This document shows, piece by piece, positions 30,349-42,469 of a stretch of DNA of 64,000 nt; the first letter of the stretch is position 1, and each line of letters begins with the position of its first letter. The notes under the pieces are model-generated. The model had not been told where the DNA came from. It saw only the letters and a list, made by a program, of their open reading frames with translations, and made no database searches. The DNA is taken from positions 128,001 to 192,000 of the forward strand of contig CAWCIZ010000003.1 of the NCBI GenBank assembly GCA_963795855.1. The letters are read 5' to 3'. The position numbers and the translations under genes are program-made. Source of the stretch: Vulcanimicrobiota bacterium (GTDB taxonomy: Bacteria > Vulcanimicrobiota > Vulcanimicrobiia > Vulcanimicrobiales > Vulcanimicrobiaceae).

Positions 30349-33300
30349 CTACGGCCAGGCGCCGCTCCGAGCCGCGGAAATGGCGCGTACGGACGGCAGC
30401 TCGCCGAACGCCTCGCGCGTCCGCTTGTCGGCCATCGCGCCGACTTGTACGTTTACGAGTTCCTGCGCGCGAGCGAGCGCGGCTGCCGCCTTGCTCTCAT
30501 TGCCTTGCTCGTGATAGACGCGTGCCGCCGCCCAGAAACAGTAGTGCGGCAAAACGGTGTTTTCGCCCGACGGGTCGGCGCGCTGCATGATATCGTCCGC
30601 CGTTCGCACCGCCGCCACGTCTCCGGCTTTCATCTGTGCCAATGCGAGATCGCCCAACTCTTCGAAGGTAGCCGAGTGGTTCAAGCGTTCGCGAATCGCG
30701 ATCGCCTCCTTCATGTGCGCGAGCGCTGCGTCCAACTCTCCCAATTCGCGTTCGGCGTTCCCCAGATTCGCGAGCGCGCCCGCCTCGATAACGGAGTTTG
30801 CGATCTCCCGCGAGGCGTGCAGGGCACCCAACCCGATCTCCTTGGCTTCTTCGGGGGCCAGCTGCAAAAGCCGCACCATGCTCAGGTTGGTCAGCGACGC
30901 TGCACGTCCGCGCATATCGTCGAACGCTTCAAATATTTCGAGTGCCTTGACCAGCGAGGACCTCGCGTCGTCCAGCAATCCCAGCTGGATCTGGCTTCCG
31001 GTTTGATTGAACAACAGATATGCGAGTTGAAGCCGGTTACCCAGAGCGCGATAAATGTTCGCGGTTGCTGCGAACTCTACCGCCGCCTCCTCGAAGCGCT
31101 GTTGGAACGAGAGCGCGGATGCAACGCGCGCGCTGGCTTCAGCCTCGCCTTCACGGTCGCCGATTTCGCGGTACCGGCGCTGAGCTTCGTGCGAGTCCGT
31201 AAGCGCGCGCGCAAAATCACGGCGCATGATCGCGACGCCGGCCGACGTCATCGCGACGCGAGCAATCAAGGATGGATCCGCCGCTGCTTTCCGCGCGGGC
31301 GCGCGCCTGCACCAGTTCTTCTTCCGCTTTGGAAGCTTCGCCGCGGTTGACTGCGATTTCCGAAAGTAAGCACAGCGCGTCAACTTCGCCGCCGGCGTCG
31401 TTGCACTGACGGTCGATCGCGACCGCGGCCTGCGCCGACGCGAATGCTTCAACATAGTGGCTGCGAAGCATTAAATTCCGCGCCGAGGCGCGATGACCGG
31501 CGGCTTGCCGCGCGAGATCGTTTGTCGCGAGCGCGCGTTGGGAGAAATACTCAAGGTAGCGCGCTTCGTCGCTAAGCTCTCCGACCGCGCGCGCCCACTG
31601 CGCCCGCCGCCACACGACGTCCATACGGCTGTCGTCGTCCCGCGCCAGCCGCTCGAGGCTCTCGATGTCCTCCCGTTGCGCGTCGCGATCGCCCAGGCGT
31701 CCCAGAATGCGCTCGCGCAAACCGAGCAAAGCGCGTCGCCGCTGGGGATCCGCGGCAAGTTCCAGACCGCGAGTCGCGCTTGCCAGCGCTTCTTGATTCG
31801 CGAAAATGGCAAAACTGCGCTGCGCGGAAACGAAATACTGCACGGCTGCTTTTTCACCGTCGCCCGCTTTGTCGTAATGATGCGCCAGCGTCCCGGCAAT
31901 GTCGCCCCGGTCGCTTGACAGGCGCGCGATCGTCGCGGCAACGCGGCGATGCCAATGCGCGCGCCGTGACGGCTCGATCTGATCGTAAATCGTCGATGCG
32001 ACCAAATGATGGCTGAACGTAAACGCGAAGTGCACGCGTCCCACTTCCCGCACGAGGCTGCGGCCGAGCAATTCGCTTACGCCATCGAGGACGACGTTTT
32101 CGGGTAAGCCGGAAATTTCACGCAAAAGATCGGCATCGAACGTTGCGCCGATGACGCTGGCAATTTCACCGATTTTGCGCGCGTTCTCCGAGGCGCGCCC
32201 CGTGCGGACCTCGATCATCGTTTTCAAAAACCGCGACGATGCTTCGCGAATTCCGGTTTCAGCGTTCTCTCGCAGCAACTCGACCGCAAACAGCGGGTTT
32301 CCGCCACTGACGGCATGCACGTGCGACCCGATCGACTCGGCATCCGCGGCTAGGCTCGGAATGCTCCGTGCGAGTTCGCAGACGTCGCCGCCGGAAAGGC
32401 CGCCCAGCGAGAGATGATTGGCGACATTCTCGAGTTGGAGTTTGCGGCGCAGAGGTTGAATAGTTGGGCGACTTCTCCGTCCTCGTTTCGATACGTCGCG
32501 ACGATCAGCGCGGGAAATGCCGCAACGCGGCGCGCGAGATACTCCAGTGCGAATAGCGTGGCTTCTCCCGCCCATTGCAGGTCTTCCAAGACTACCAAGA
32601 GCGGGCGTTGACGTGAGAGCCCCTGCACGACCGCCGTTAAACCTTCCAGCAGACGCGAGCGCTCGCGAGCCGCATCGATCGTCGGCAGGGACGGAAGGTC
32701 GGTTCGCTGCAGCGCGACTTCCGGGAACTACTGCTGCAACTGCAGCCAGCCAAATGGGCCGCACGTCGAGCAAGGATAAAAGCGGCAACGCATCCCGCAA
32801 CGCCTCGACGAGCGGTTGGTACGGCACTTGTTCCGGAGACGACGTCGTCCCGCGCAGAACGCGTCCGCCTTGGGTGTTTACCAGCAACGCAAGTTCGTTG
32901 GATAGCCGCGTCTTTCCGATTCCGGCCTCGCCGCCGATCAGCACGACTTTGCCGTGCCCTTGCGCGGCGGAATCTCCATGCCTGCGCGAGCTGCTGCAAC
33001 TCGTCAGACCGTCCGACGAACGGAAAGACGCTTGCCGGGAACGCCGTATCGACGGACCGGCGTTCCGCTGCGTCGGGCAACGCGCTTCCGCGCAGCATCA
33101 GCGCTCGGAGCGCGAGGGTTTCCGGCATCAGTTCCACGTTCATTTCGGCGGCGAGCCGGCGAGCAAAGGCGTCTATCGCGCGCAGCGCACCCGCGCGATC
33201 GCCGCTTTCGTAGCGGATGGAGGCGAGTTGGCGGAGCACGTCCTCACGCCACTGATCGTTCGCGAGTATTCGCTCGGCGTAATTCGTCGCGAGCGCAAAG

Positions 33301-33806
33301 TCTCTGCGGCTGCGCGCGCGGAACAGCAGGCGCTGAAGCGTATCGACGTATTGGCCGCGAACGCGCTCGCGAATCGGCGCGATCCAATCGTCGTACACGG
33401 ACAGGGCGAGATCGCCCTCGTAGAAATCCACCGCCTCCGTCCAGCGCGCTTCATCGGCAACGCACCGTTCGAAGTCGTCGACGTCGATCCACGCGCCGGC
33501 GTCCTCGTTCCACCAAATAACGTCTTCCTGGGATCCGACGTACGGGTGCGCGGACGCGGGCAGCGCCGAACCGAGCTGATGCAAGTGACGCCGGAGCTTG
33601 CCGCGAGCTTCAGCCTCGCTGTCGTCCGGCCAGAGCGTGAAAGCGACGAGGTCCCGCGTCAAATGCGCGCGGCGGTGCATCAGTAGGAAAACCAGCAGCA
33701 CCAAGGCGCGCGGGCGCGCACGAAACGCAAAGGGCTCGCCGCCATAGTAAAACCGCGGCTGACCGAGGAGATGGATGCGAAGCCCGGTGCGAGCGGCGTC
33801 GTCCAT
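30349..33806 (-). CDS. SARP/BTAD-domain transcriptional regulator with AAA ATPase and TPR repeats (several frameshifts)
   Basis: IHLLGQPRF...LWPDDSEAEARGKLRRHLH...IDVDDF (wHTH-BTAD), FVGRSDEL, GEAGIGKTRL Walker A, LLVVLEDLQWA Walker B, SGGNPLF, C-terminal TPRs. Confidence 0.85.
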
Positions 33807-34103
33807 AAGCACTCCAGCGACAGGCCCTGGCAAGAGAGCGGCGGCTCGCCATCTACTCTTTGCCCGCCTTGCCTTTAGTATATGGCAATTCGCGTCGAGG
33901 GATAAGAGCGGACTGCCCTATGTCGACTTCGCGAATGTGCGATCGAGCCGAAGATTTAGGTTCGCCACTTCCCCATCCGGCGCGATCGCGTAGCGCCCCC
34001 GGCGGCCCCCTAAAGGCGCTTCGCAGCAATATTCTGTTACAGTGAACGATATTTCGGCATCCTTGCCGAGGAACTACGCCTCGCCGCAGGTAACGACCCT
34101 GCA

Positions 34104-35441
34104 GTGAGCACGCCTCGGCTGGCCAAACGTCTGGGCTCCTTCGATGCCACGCTTATCGTGATGGGCGGAATCATCGCGTCCGGCATCTTCATGACGCCGT
34201 CCGTAGTCGCGCAGCGCCTCCACTCCACGAACCTCATCGTATTCGCATGGCTGCTCGGCGGCGTGGTTGCGCTCATCGGCGCGTTCGTGTACGCCGAATT
34301 GGCGGCGCGCCGTCCGGATGTCGGCGGCATGTACGGATATTTGCGCGACGCATTCCACCCCGGGCTCGCCTTCATGTCGGGGTGGACGGCGCTGCTCGTC
34401 AGTCAGAGCGGCGCGATTGCCGCTGTTTCCGTCACGTTTGGAACGTACGCGCATCTGTGGTTCCCCGTCGATCCCAGAATTTTGGCCGTCGCCGCGATCC
34501 TTGCGACCGGAATCATCAACTGCTTCGGCGTGCGCGAGGGCGTGGTGACGCAGAACGTAATGATGATTCTGAAGATCGGCGCGATCGCGATCATCATCGG
34601 CGCCGGTTTCTTCGGCCCCGTGGCAGCGCATCACGTGGCGCTTCCCGCCTACACCGGGACGCTCGGCATTCTTGCCGCGCTCGGAGCGGCGCTGATTCCG
34701 GTGTTCTATTCGTACGACGGTTGGCAAACCGCGCCGTTCATGGACCGCGAGATGAAAGACTCGCAGCGCTCCATGCCGTTCGGATTGGTGTTCGGCGTGA
34801 TTGGCGTCGTCGTTTTATATCTTGCCGTGACGCTCGGCGGCCTACGAATGCTTGGCGCCGGCGGCCTTGCCCACAGCGCGACTCCCGCGAGCGACATGGT
34901 CAAGATGGTGGTCGGACGCGCCGGCGAAGGAATCGTCGCCGCATTCATCGCGCTCTCGACGCTCGGGTTTTTAGGCAACATGGCGCTGACGATTCCGCGG
35001 TTGTATTACACGATGGCGCGCGATGGATTATTTTTCCGGCAACTCGCCTATCTGCATCCGAAAACGAAGGCGCCCATCGTCGCGATTGCGCTGCAGTGCG
35101 TGGTTTCCAGCGCAATCGTCGGGTGGGGCAATTACCAGCGCATACTCAACTACGTCACGCCGATGGATTTTCTATACATGACCTTGGCGGCCGCCGCCGT
35201 TTTCATTTTTCGGCGGCGCGATGCGCGCACCCACTCGCTGGGGCTGCGGATCCCCGGGCATCCGTGGAGCACGCTGTTTTTCGCCGGCGTATGCACCGTT
35301 TTCGTGATCAACGCATACGTCGCGTTTCCCGGCGACTCGCTCGTCGGGTTGGCGATTTTCCTTTCCGGCGCCCCAATCTATCTGCTCTGGCGCAGCAAAG
35401 CATCGAACAGGAAGGACCATGCGGAGTACTCATTACCGTAA
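34104..35441 (+). CDS. APC-family amino acid permease
   Basis: GGIIASGIF, YAELAARRP..GG.Y.YL, YSYDGW, RLYYTMARDGLF. About 12 TM segments. Confidence 0.9.
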   Translation: MSTPRLAKRLGSFDATLIVMGGIIASGIFMTPSVVAQRLHSTNLIVFAWLLGGVVALIGAFVYAELAARRPDVGGMYGYLRDAFHPGLAFMSGWTALLVSQSGAIAAVSVTFGTYAHLWFPVDPRILAVAAILATGIINCFGVREGVVTQNVMMILKIGAIAIIIGAGFFGPVAAHHVALPAYTGTLGILAALGAALIPVFYSYDGWQTAPFMDREMKDSQRSMPFGLVFGVIGVVVLYLAVTLGGLRMLGAGGLAHSATPASDMVKMVVGRAGEGIVAAFIALSTLGFLGNMALTIPRLYYTMARDGLFFRQLAYLHPKTKAPIVAIALQCVVSSAIVGWGNYQRILNYVTPMDFLYMTLAAAAVFIFRRRDARTHSLGLRIPGHPWSTLFFAGVCTVFVINAYVAFPGDSLVGLAIFLSGAPIYLLWRSKASNRKDHAEYSLP

Positions 35442-37171
35442 AACCGCCGCCGCCGTCTTAGCCGCGGCTGCGTGCCTCTTCACCATGCCGGCGACGGCGG
35501 CGCAGCCACCCAGTGTGGACGACGCGATTAAGTTGATCGAGACGTATGCGCCCCAGGCACTGCAGGAGCAGGGCGCGCCGGGAATGTCGGTGGCGATCAC
35601 CGATCGGCATCACACCCTGCGCATCATCACGGTCGGCTATGCGAATCTCGAGGCGAAGACGCCGGTTACGAGCACTACGCGCTTTCCGGTTGGTTCCATC
35701 ACGAAGGGAATGACGGCACTCTCGCTTTTGGAGTTGCGGGACGAAGGGAAATTCGACCCGGCAAAACCGATAAGTACTTATCTGCCGTGGTTCTCGATAA
35801 ACTCGCACGGAAAGACGGTTTATGCGCATCAACTGCTTTCGCATACCGCGCGGATTCCCGGACGACTACTCGATCGCGCCGGGATATTTGTACACGGTAG
35901 CGGCTCTTCGCAACGCGCATACGATTTTCAATCCGGGCACGAGTTGGTCGTATTCGAACGACGGTCTGGCGACCATCGGCTCCGTTCAAGCGGCGCTCGA
36001 CGGCAAACCGTGGGCCGATTCGCTGCAGTCGCGAGTGTTCGATACGCTCGGCATGTCCCATAGCAGTCCCGTGTTCACGCCCGAAACGCTTTCGGACGCA
36101 GCGTACGGCTACGTTTTCGAAGACACGAATCTGATGACGCCGCCGAATCCGCAATTGATGTACTCGCTTCCCGGCGACTACATCGATCCTGCCGGCTCCG
36201 TGATTTCGACGCCCGAAGACATGGCCAAGTACATGCGCCTCATTCTGAATCAGGGCGTGGATGACGCGGGCAAACGCGTTCTTTCTCCGTCGAGTTACGC
36301 GCTTTGGACGACGCCGGACTCGACCAACGGAAAAGTCGCCGGAGAGACGAGCCCCGAGCTTGCCGAAGCGCCACGCCTTTACGAGCATTATGCGTTCGGA
36401 TTGGCCGTTCACGATGAAAACGGCGACAAGATCGTCGGGCATACCGGCGGCATCGCCGGCTACTCGGCGTGCATGGAAAACGACGTAACGCGCGGCTTCG
36501 GCGTTATCGCGTTTTCAAATTTGGTGGAGGCGCCGCTTCACCCGTGCGCTATCGTGCTGTATGCGATCAAGGTCCTTCAGGCGCAAAGTGCAGGAACGCC
36601 GCTCCCACCGGTACCTGCGCCTATCGGCAACTATTTGCAGCGCACAACCGTGTCGAACGCCGCGCAGTATGCCGGCACATATACCGCAACCGACGGTTCG
36701 AAACTCGTGGTTACCGCAGACGGCTCGACGCTTCGCGTGGCAACGCCGCAAGGCTCGAAAGTGCTGTATCCGCGCGGCGGAACGACATTCTACGTGGACG
36801 ACCCGCGGTTCGCGGTGTACGGTCTCACGTTCGCGCGCGGCGGCAAATCCGGTTCGATGGACGAAATTACGTCGGGCGCGCAGTGGTTTACGACCGGCGC
36901 TTATAGCGGAGCGCGCACGTTTACGTATCCGCGTGGCTGGAACGCCTTGGTCGGACGCTACGAGAGTTTGGGTGTGTGGGGCGTCGCCGCAGCCAGCCGG
37001 GTATTCGTTTTGAAGGGTCGACTGATGCTCGACGGCGCGCCGCTTACCCCGCACAACGACGGCACGTTCTCACTGGGGCAGACGACGGTGCGCTTCGACA
37101 CGCTGGCTGCCGGAAAAATGCAGCGGCTGCACGAGGATGGATTCGATCTCTATCGTATCGACTTGCCCTAA
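35419..37171 (+). CDS. Secreted serine hydrolase, beta-lactamase class C/S12 family (frameshift near 35855)
   Basis: SxxK (GSITK), LLSHT, YSN and GHTGG across ORFs 35419..36063 and 35822..37171. Confidence 0.85.
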
Positions 37172-37195
37172 ACACGGTAGAGTAAGGAGTAGAGC

Positions 37196-37516
37196 ATGAT
37201 CGTTGCCACGACCGAATCGATCGCCGGATACAAGACCGTTCAGACGCTAGGTCAAGTCTTCGGCGTCGTCGTTCGCAGCCGCGGCTTGGGCGGAAATATC
37301 ATGGCATCGCTGCGCTCGCTGGTCGGCGGCGAAATTTCCGAGTATACGCAACTGCTCGAGGAAGCGCGCCGCCACGCGGTCGATCGACTCGTTCAAAACG
37401 CTCAAGCAATGGGTGCGGACGGCATCACGATGATGCGTTACGACTCCTCGGAGATCGGAACGACCATGAGCGAGATCGTCGCATACGGCACGGCAGTCAA
37501 ACTGGAGCCGGTATGA
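37196..37516 (+). CDS. YbjQ family (UPF0145) protein
   Basis: MIVATTESIAGY...GGEISEYTQLLEEAR..A..MGAD...AYGTAV. AAGGAG SD. Confidence 0.9.
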   Translation: MIVATTESIAGYKTVQTLGQVFGVVVRSRGLGGNIMASLRSLVGGEISEYTQLLEEARRHAVDRLVQNAQAMGADGITMMRYDSSEIGTTMSEIVAYGTAVKLEPV

Positions 37517-37806
37517 TCGTGCGCGTTCTCGTTGCACTGATCGGCCTGGGGCTCATTGGTGGAGGCGTGTATTTGATAATAGCCGCGCCGCCGAAGATCT
37601 TCGTCCCAGGTGCCGTCGACATCGTGGTCGGCATTCTCATCTTCGGCGGACTCTTTTTCGAGCCGCACTACCGCGGCCGCGTATCGCGAACCGGCGGAAA
37701 TTGGCAGCCGACGGGCGAGAAGTTCATCGATCCCGGCACGGGAAAGCTCGTCGAAGTCGACTACGATCCGCAAACGGGCGAGCGGGAATATCGCGACGCC
37801 GAATGA
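37513..37806 (+). CDS. Small two-TM membrane protein
   Basis: Two hydrophobic segments and C-terminal WQPTGEKFIDPGTGK..YDPQTGEREY. ATGA-coupled to ybjQ. Confidence 0.75.
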   Translation: MIVRVLVALIGLGLIGGGVYLIIAAPPKIFVPGAVDIVVGILIFGGLFFEPHYRGRVSRTGGNWQPTGEKFIDPGTGKLVEVDYDPQTGEREYRDAE

Positions 37807-37833
37807 CGCCGGCGTGCGCCGTGCGCACCCGGT

Positions 37834-39986
37834 TCAGCGGCCGGCACAGGCTGCCGCAGTCAAATGGCGCTGCAAATAATCGACGGTCGCCGCATCTACT
37901 TGCAAGAACGTCGCGTGCCGCAAGAATCCGTGTATCTCGTTGGGAATCACGACCTCGCTGTAAGGCACGTGCCGGAGATCCAGCCGGCGCGCGAGATCGA
38001 CGGTTTGGTGGAAACGCACGTTGTGATCGTCGTCGCCCTGTACCAGCAGAACCGGCGATTTCCACGTCGCTATTGCCGCATCCGGAGATGATTCCCAAGC
38101 GACGCGGCGCTCTTCTTTGATATTCGGCATTTCGTAACGCGCCGGCGGATCCGGCAGGTCTTCCGCGGTCGACCAGTCATGCACGCCGTGCCAATCGACG
38201 CCGGTACAAAAACGATCGGAGTTGCGGGCAAGTGCAAGCGCGGTAAGATACCCGCCGTAAGAGCCGCCCCAAATGCCGATGCGCCGCCCGTCCACTGCAG
38301 CGTCGCGCCGCAGAAAAGCGTTGCCCGCGAGCACATCCTTGTATTCGGAAGCGCCGGTCGGGCCCCAATGCGCCGGGTGCGAATAGTCGTGCCCGTAGCC
38401 GATGCTCAATCGGTAATTGACCGAAAGCACCACGAAGCCGTGATTTGCCAAGTACTGATTTACCGCGTATCCGTTGGTGTAGTAGTCCATGTAGTGCCAC
38501 GTCGTGAGCATCTGGCGCGGCGGACCGCCGTGCACGAAAATCACCGCGGGTTTTTTCGCCGACGTATCGTTTTTCGCGAATAACTGCCCGTGTACGAGTA
38601 AGCCGTCCGAGGCGCGAAACGTCACGCTCTTTGGCACGACGAGTTGCGAAACCGGAAAATCCGCAGGCAACCGATCGCGATCCAATGCACGCCACGAAGC
38701 GTTCGCGAGCGCGCCTGCCGTAACGAGCGGCGGTTCTTTCGCACCGGCCTGAACGAACGCGACCATGCGCCCTTCATCCGTGACGACGGGATTCCACTCG
38801 CTCGACGCGCCGCGCGTCACCTCGCTGACGCGCCCGTTCTGCACGTCGACGCGGAAGAGGTGGCGCCGCTCGAAGTCGCCGGGCGTTTTGCCCGTATTCG
38901 CAGAGTAAATCAACCACTTGCCGTCCGGTGAAATCCCGGTATCTTCCACCATGAACGCACCCGGCGTCAGCAAATGCGCCGGGCCGGGGCGATTCGCGGA
39001 GACGTCGTAAACGTGCGGCCAGCCGTCGGCCGCGGAAACGAACGTAAGCCGGTTTCCGGCGCCCCAACGCAAACTGGGATCGAACGTATCCGGGAAAGAG
39101 TCGCGCAGCGTAGAGCCGCTTTGCCACACGCGCTGCGCACTCGCCGTGCGTGCGTCGGCAACCCAAACCGCCCACGGCGTGACATTCCAAGCAAGATCCG
39201 AAACCGGCGGCCCGCCGCGAACCCGGAACGCGCAGAAAAGCGATGTGCGTCCCGTCAAACGACCACCGCGGCTCGACGTCTTGCGAGGTCGACGGTTGCA
39301 TGAAGCGCAGCGGCGTGTGCTGATCGCGATACACGCCGATGAAACTGTGATCGGTTCGCGTCGAAACGAAGGCGAGCTCACTGCCGTCCGGAGACCACTG
39401 CAGATCGGAGTCCTGGCCTTCGTCGAAGAACAGGCGGTCCGCTTTTGCGGAGCCGTCGAGCGGCGCCCACGACACCGACTGGTCCGCTGCGAGAAACGCG
39501 ACGCGCCGATTGTCGGGCGAGATCGCCGGCGCGTCGCCGCTGCCGAGCGAAACCGGCTTGCCGCCCGCGAGGGCGACGGACCACACTTCCATTTGTGGTG
39601 GAATCGGACTAAGGCCCGGATCCGGTGGAACGGCGTGCGGGCCAGTTCGAATCGTGATCGCCGCCGCGCACGTACACGAGGTAACGGCCATCTGCGGAAA
39701 TTTTCACGTTGGTGATTTCTTGGCCGTCGTCCGCGGTGTAATCGGTGACCATGCGCGGCGCGTACGATGGCGCCGATGCGACGAAAATGTTGCGGACTCC
39801 GCGTTCGTTCAACACCCACGCGATCGTGCGGTTGTCGGCGCCCGCGATGAGCGACACCGGGTACGGATAACTGAGAATCTGCTGCAATGTGAAAGCGGGC
39901 GACGCGCTTTGCGCTCTGCCGCAGAGCGGAAGCGCGAGCGCCAAGGCGCAACCCGCAATGCAGGCGGCAGCAACACGAATCTTCAC
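37834..39986 (-). CDS. Secreted S9 prolyl oligopeptidase/dipeptidyl aminopeptidase with PD40 repeats (frameshifted)
   Basis: VHGGPPRQM, GIWGGSYGG, QGDDDHNV, EIHGF. Pieces 39609..40079, 38774..39691 and 37834..39951. Confidence 0.88.
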
Positions 39987-40132
39987 CGTTCGCACCTCTC
40001 TAAAACGCAATCCACGCCGTGCGTTCTTGCCGAGGTTGGCCGCTCCTGTCGTGTTCGGCGAAATTTTAAGGGCTGACATCGATATTTCGTCGACGGAGGC
40101 TGCGGCAGGCCGCCGCAGCGAACTACTGATGC

Positions 40133-40744
40133 ATGAACCGATCGCCGAAAAAACCGACGCGAAAGAACGCGGCGCCGGACGGCCGCGCGCCGGCCGAATC
40201 CTCGCTGCCGGATGTGGGCAAAATCCTGCAGCGCCTGCGGGCGCAGCGGAACGTGACGGTCCGCGAACTCGCCGAGCGCAGCGACTTGTCGGAATCGTTC
40301 ATTCGTGCGGTGGAGCGCGGAGAATCCGATATTTCGCTCGGGCGTCTGGCGCGGCTCGCGCGCTTCTTCGAGTACGATCTCGGCTCGTTCTTGGGATTCA
40401 CCACGCAGCTGTCACGCCCGAATTTCGTGCGGAAAGAAAACCGCGCGACCATCAATCGCGGTAAGGGCGTTCGCTATGAAGCGCTGCATCTGCCGGGCAT
40501 CGACTTGGATTTCGTCGTCATCAATTTCGCCGCGCGAACGAGACTCCGCAACGAGTTGACCCACGAAGGCATCGACGTAGTCTACGTGACCGAGGGCGAG
40601 GTCGTCGCGGAAGTCGACGGAGTCGACTACCCCATGGCCGAGGGAGACTGCTGCGTCTTCTCCGCCGCCTACCGGCACCGGATTCGGAATGACTCCGGCC
40701 GCCCCGCGTCGCTGGTTTCGATTACCACGGCCCGGATGTACTAA
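40133..40744 (+). CDS. XRE-family HTH regulator with C-terminal cupin domain
   Basis: LQRLRAQRNVTVRELAERSDLSESFIRAVERGE and HEG...YVTEG...EGD...HRIRN. Confidence 0.88.
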   Translation: MNRSPKKPTRKNAAPDGRAPAESSLPDVGKILQRLRAQRNVTVRELAERSDLSESFIRAVERGESDISLGRLARLARFFEYDLGSFLGFTTQLSRPNFVRKENRATINRGKGVRYEALHLPGIDLDFVVINFAARTRLRNELTHEGIDVVYVTEGEVVAEVDGVDYPMAEGDCCVFSAAYRHRIRNDSGRPASLVSITTARMY

Positions 40745-40780
40745 GGCGGAATATCGCTCGCGCCGACGAAATTTAGTCGG

Positions 40781-42468
40781 ATGCGATTGAGAACGCGGGC
40801 GGGCGCGGCGGCTTTGGGCTTGCTGGTGAGCCTGCTCGCCGGATGCGCGGCACCCGCAGGCCGGCCGAACGCTTCGCAATCGAACACGCTCGTCGTCGCC
40901 CTTCCGCAAGAGCCGGTTTCGTTGAACCCGCTGCTTCTTGAGGGGCCGATCGCGTACGCCATCGGAGATTTGCTCTACTCGTATCTGACGAATTACGATT
41001 CCGAAGGCAACATGGTGCCCGCAGTCGCGGTGCGCGTACCGACCACGCAAAACGGCGGCGTTTCGGCCGACGGCAAGCGCGTAACGTTTCATCTGCGCCA
41101 TGACGTGCGATGGCAGGACGGCGTGCCGCTTACCGCTCGCGACGTTGCGTTCACTTATCGCGCGATCATGAATCCGGCAAACGACATCCCGACTCGATAT
41201 GGATACGATGCAGTCGCGTCCGTTACCGTCCCGGATCCGTATACGGTCGTCGTGCGCCTCAAGCGTCCCCTCTCGCCCATCGTTCCATTCTTTTTCGGCG
41301 GCGACAGCAATTACCCAATCATGCCCGAGCATCTGTTGGGTCGTTATTCCAGCATCAACGATGCGCCGTTCAGCGTCGCACCCATCGGATCCGGACCGTA
41401 CGAATTCGTCAAGTGGCAGCATGGAGATCGACTGATTCTGGCGGCAAATCCGCGATATTACGGCGGCAAACCGCGCCTTGCGCGCATGGTGCTGCCGTTC
41501 ATCCACGATCCTGCGACGACGATCAACGAGTTGCAGACGGGCGAGATAGGCGCCGCGTTTTCGCTGGACGCCTCGCGCATCTCGGCGCTGCAGGGCACGC
41601 CGCGCCATCGCATCGTCGTCACGCCCATTCCCTATTTTTTCGCGATGGCGTTCAACACGTCGGTGCCCGCCTTGCGCGACCCGAGCGTACGTCGCGCACT
41701 CGCGATGGCGATCGACCGGGACACGATCGTACGCAAGGTGAGCCATGGCCTGTATGACGCGCATACCGGCATGCGCGGTGTATTCACGTGGGCGTTCGAT
41801 CCGCAAGCGGACACGCTGCGTTACGATCCCGCTGCCGCACAAAAGATGCTGGCGCGCGCCGGATGGTCGCCGCATGGCAAGCGCCTTCAGCTCGATTGTC
41901 GTTCCCCGTTGGATCGGAAATCACCGCGCAACTCGCAACGGAAATTGCAGCCGCGGAAAGCGCGATTGGAGTGGACGTTTCGCTCAAGCGGTATTCCCGC
42001 GAAGTGTACATGGCCGACGACGGACCCGTGATGCAGGGGCGTTTTCAACTGCAACTCTACGACTACCATGCCGATTACGATCCGGACGCGTCGTGGCTGC
42101 TCAGCTGCGACCAACGCAGCCCCGCGGGCTTCAACGACGCGCGCTATTGCAATGCCGCCGTCGACCGAGCGTTGAACGGCGCCGCCGCGTCGTTCGATCG
42201 AGCGGTTCGCATACGCCTATACCAAGCCGTGCAGCGGCAAATAGCGCAGGACATGCCATACTTTTTCATTTGCCAAGGCAGCGAGATCGACGTCGTGCCC
42301 GACCGGCTCGAAAACTATGCGAGGCCCTTGCTTTCACCGTTCGGCTCAGCGGCGGAGTGGTCGCTTTCGGGCGGAAGGGTCGGCCGCGAGCGCCGTATAA
42401 CGTTGCCGCATCGACAAAAAACTGTCGTGACCAGCAGAATTTCGTTACATACGCCGAAGGGTGCCTGA
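40781..42468 (+). CDS. Peptide ABC transporter substrate-binding protein (family 5), lipoprotein (frameshift near 41897)
   Basis: Lipobox LAGC, FHLRHDVRWQDGVPLTARDVAFT, PIGSGPY. C-terminus in ORF 41788..42468. Confidence 0.85.
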
Positions 42469-42469
42469 A

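Noticed and set aside
33888..33936. Imperfect inverted repeat ATTCGCG..TCGA / TCGA..CGCGAAT between the BTAD regulator and the permease
   Set aside because: Interrupted pairing with no terminator or known motif. Too weak to call.
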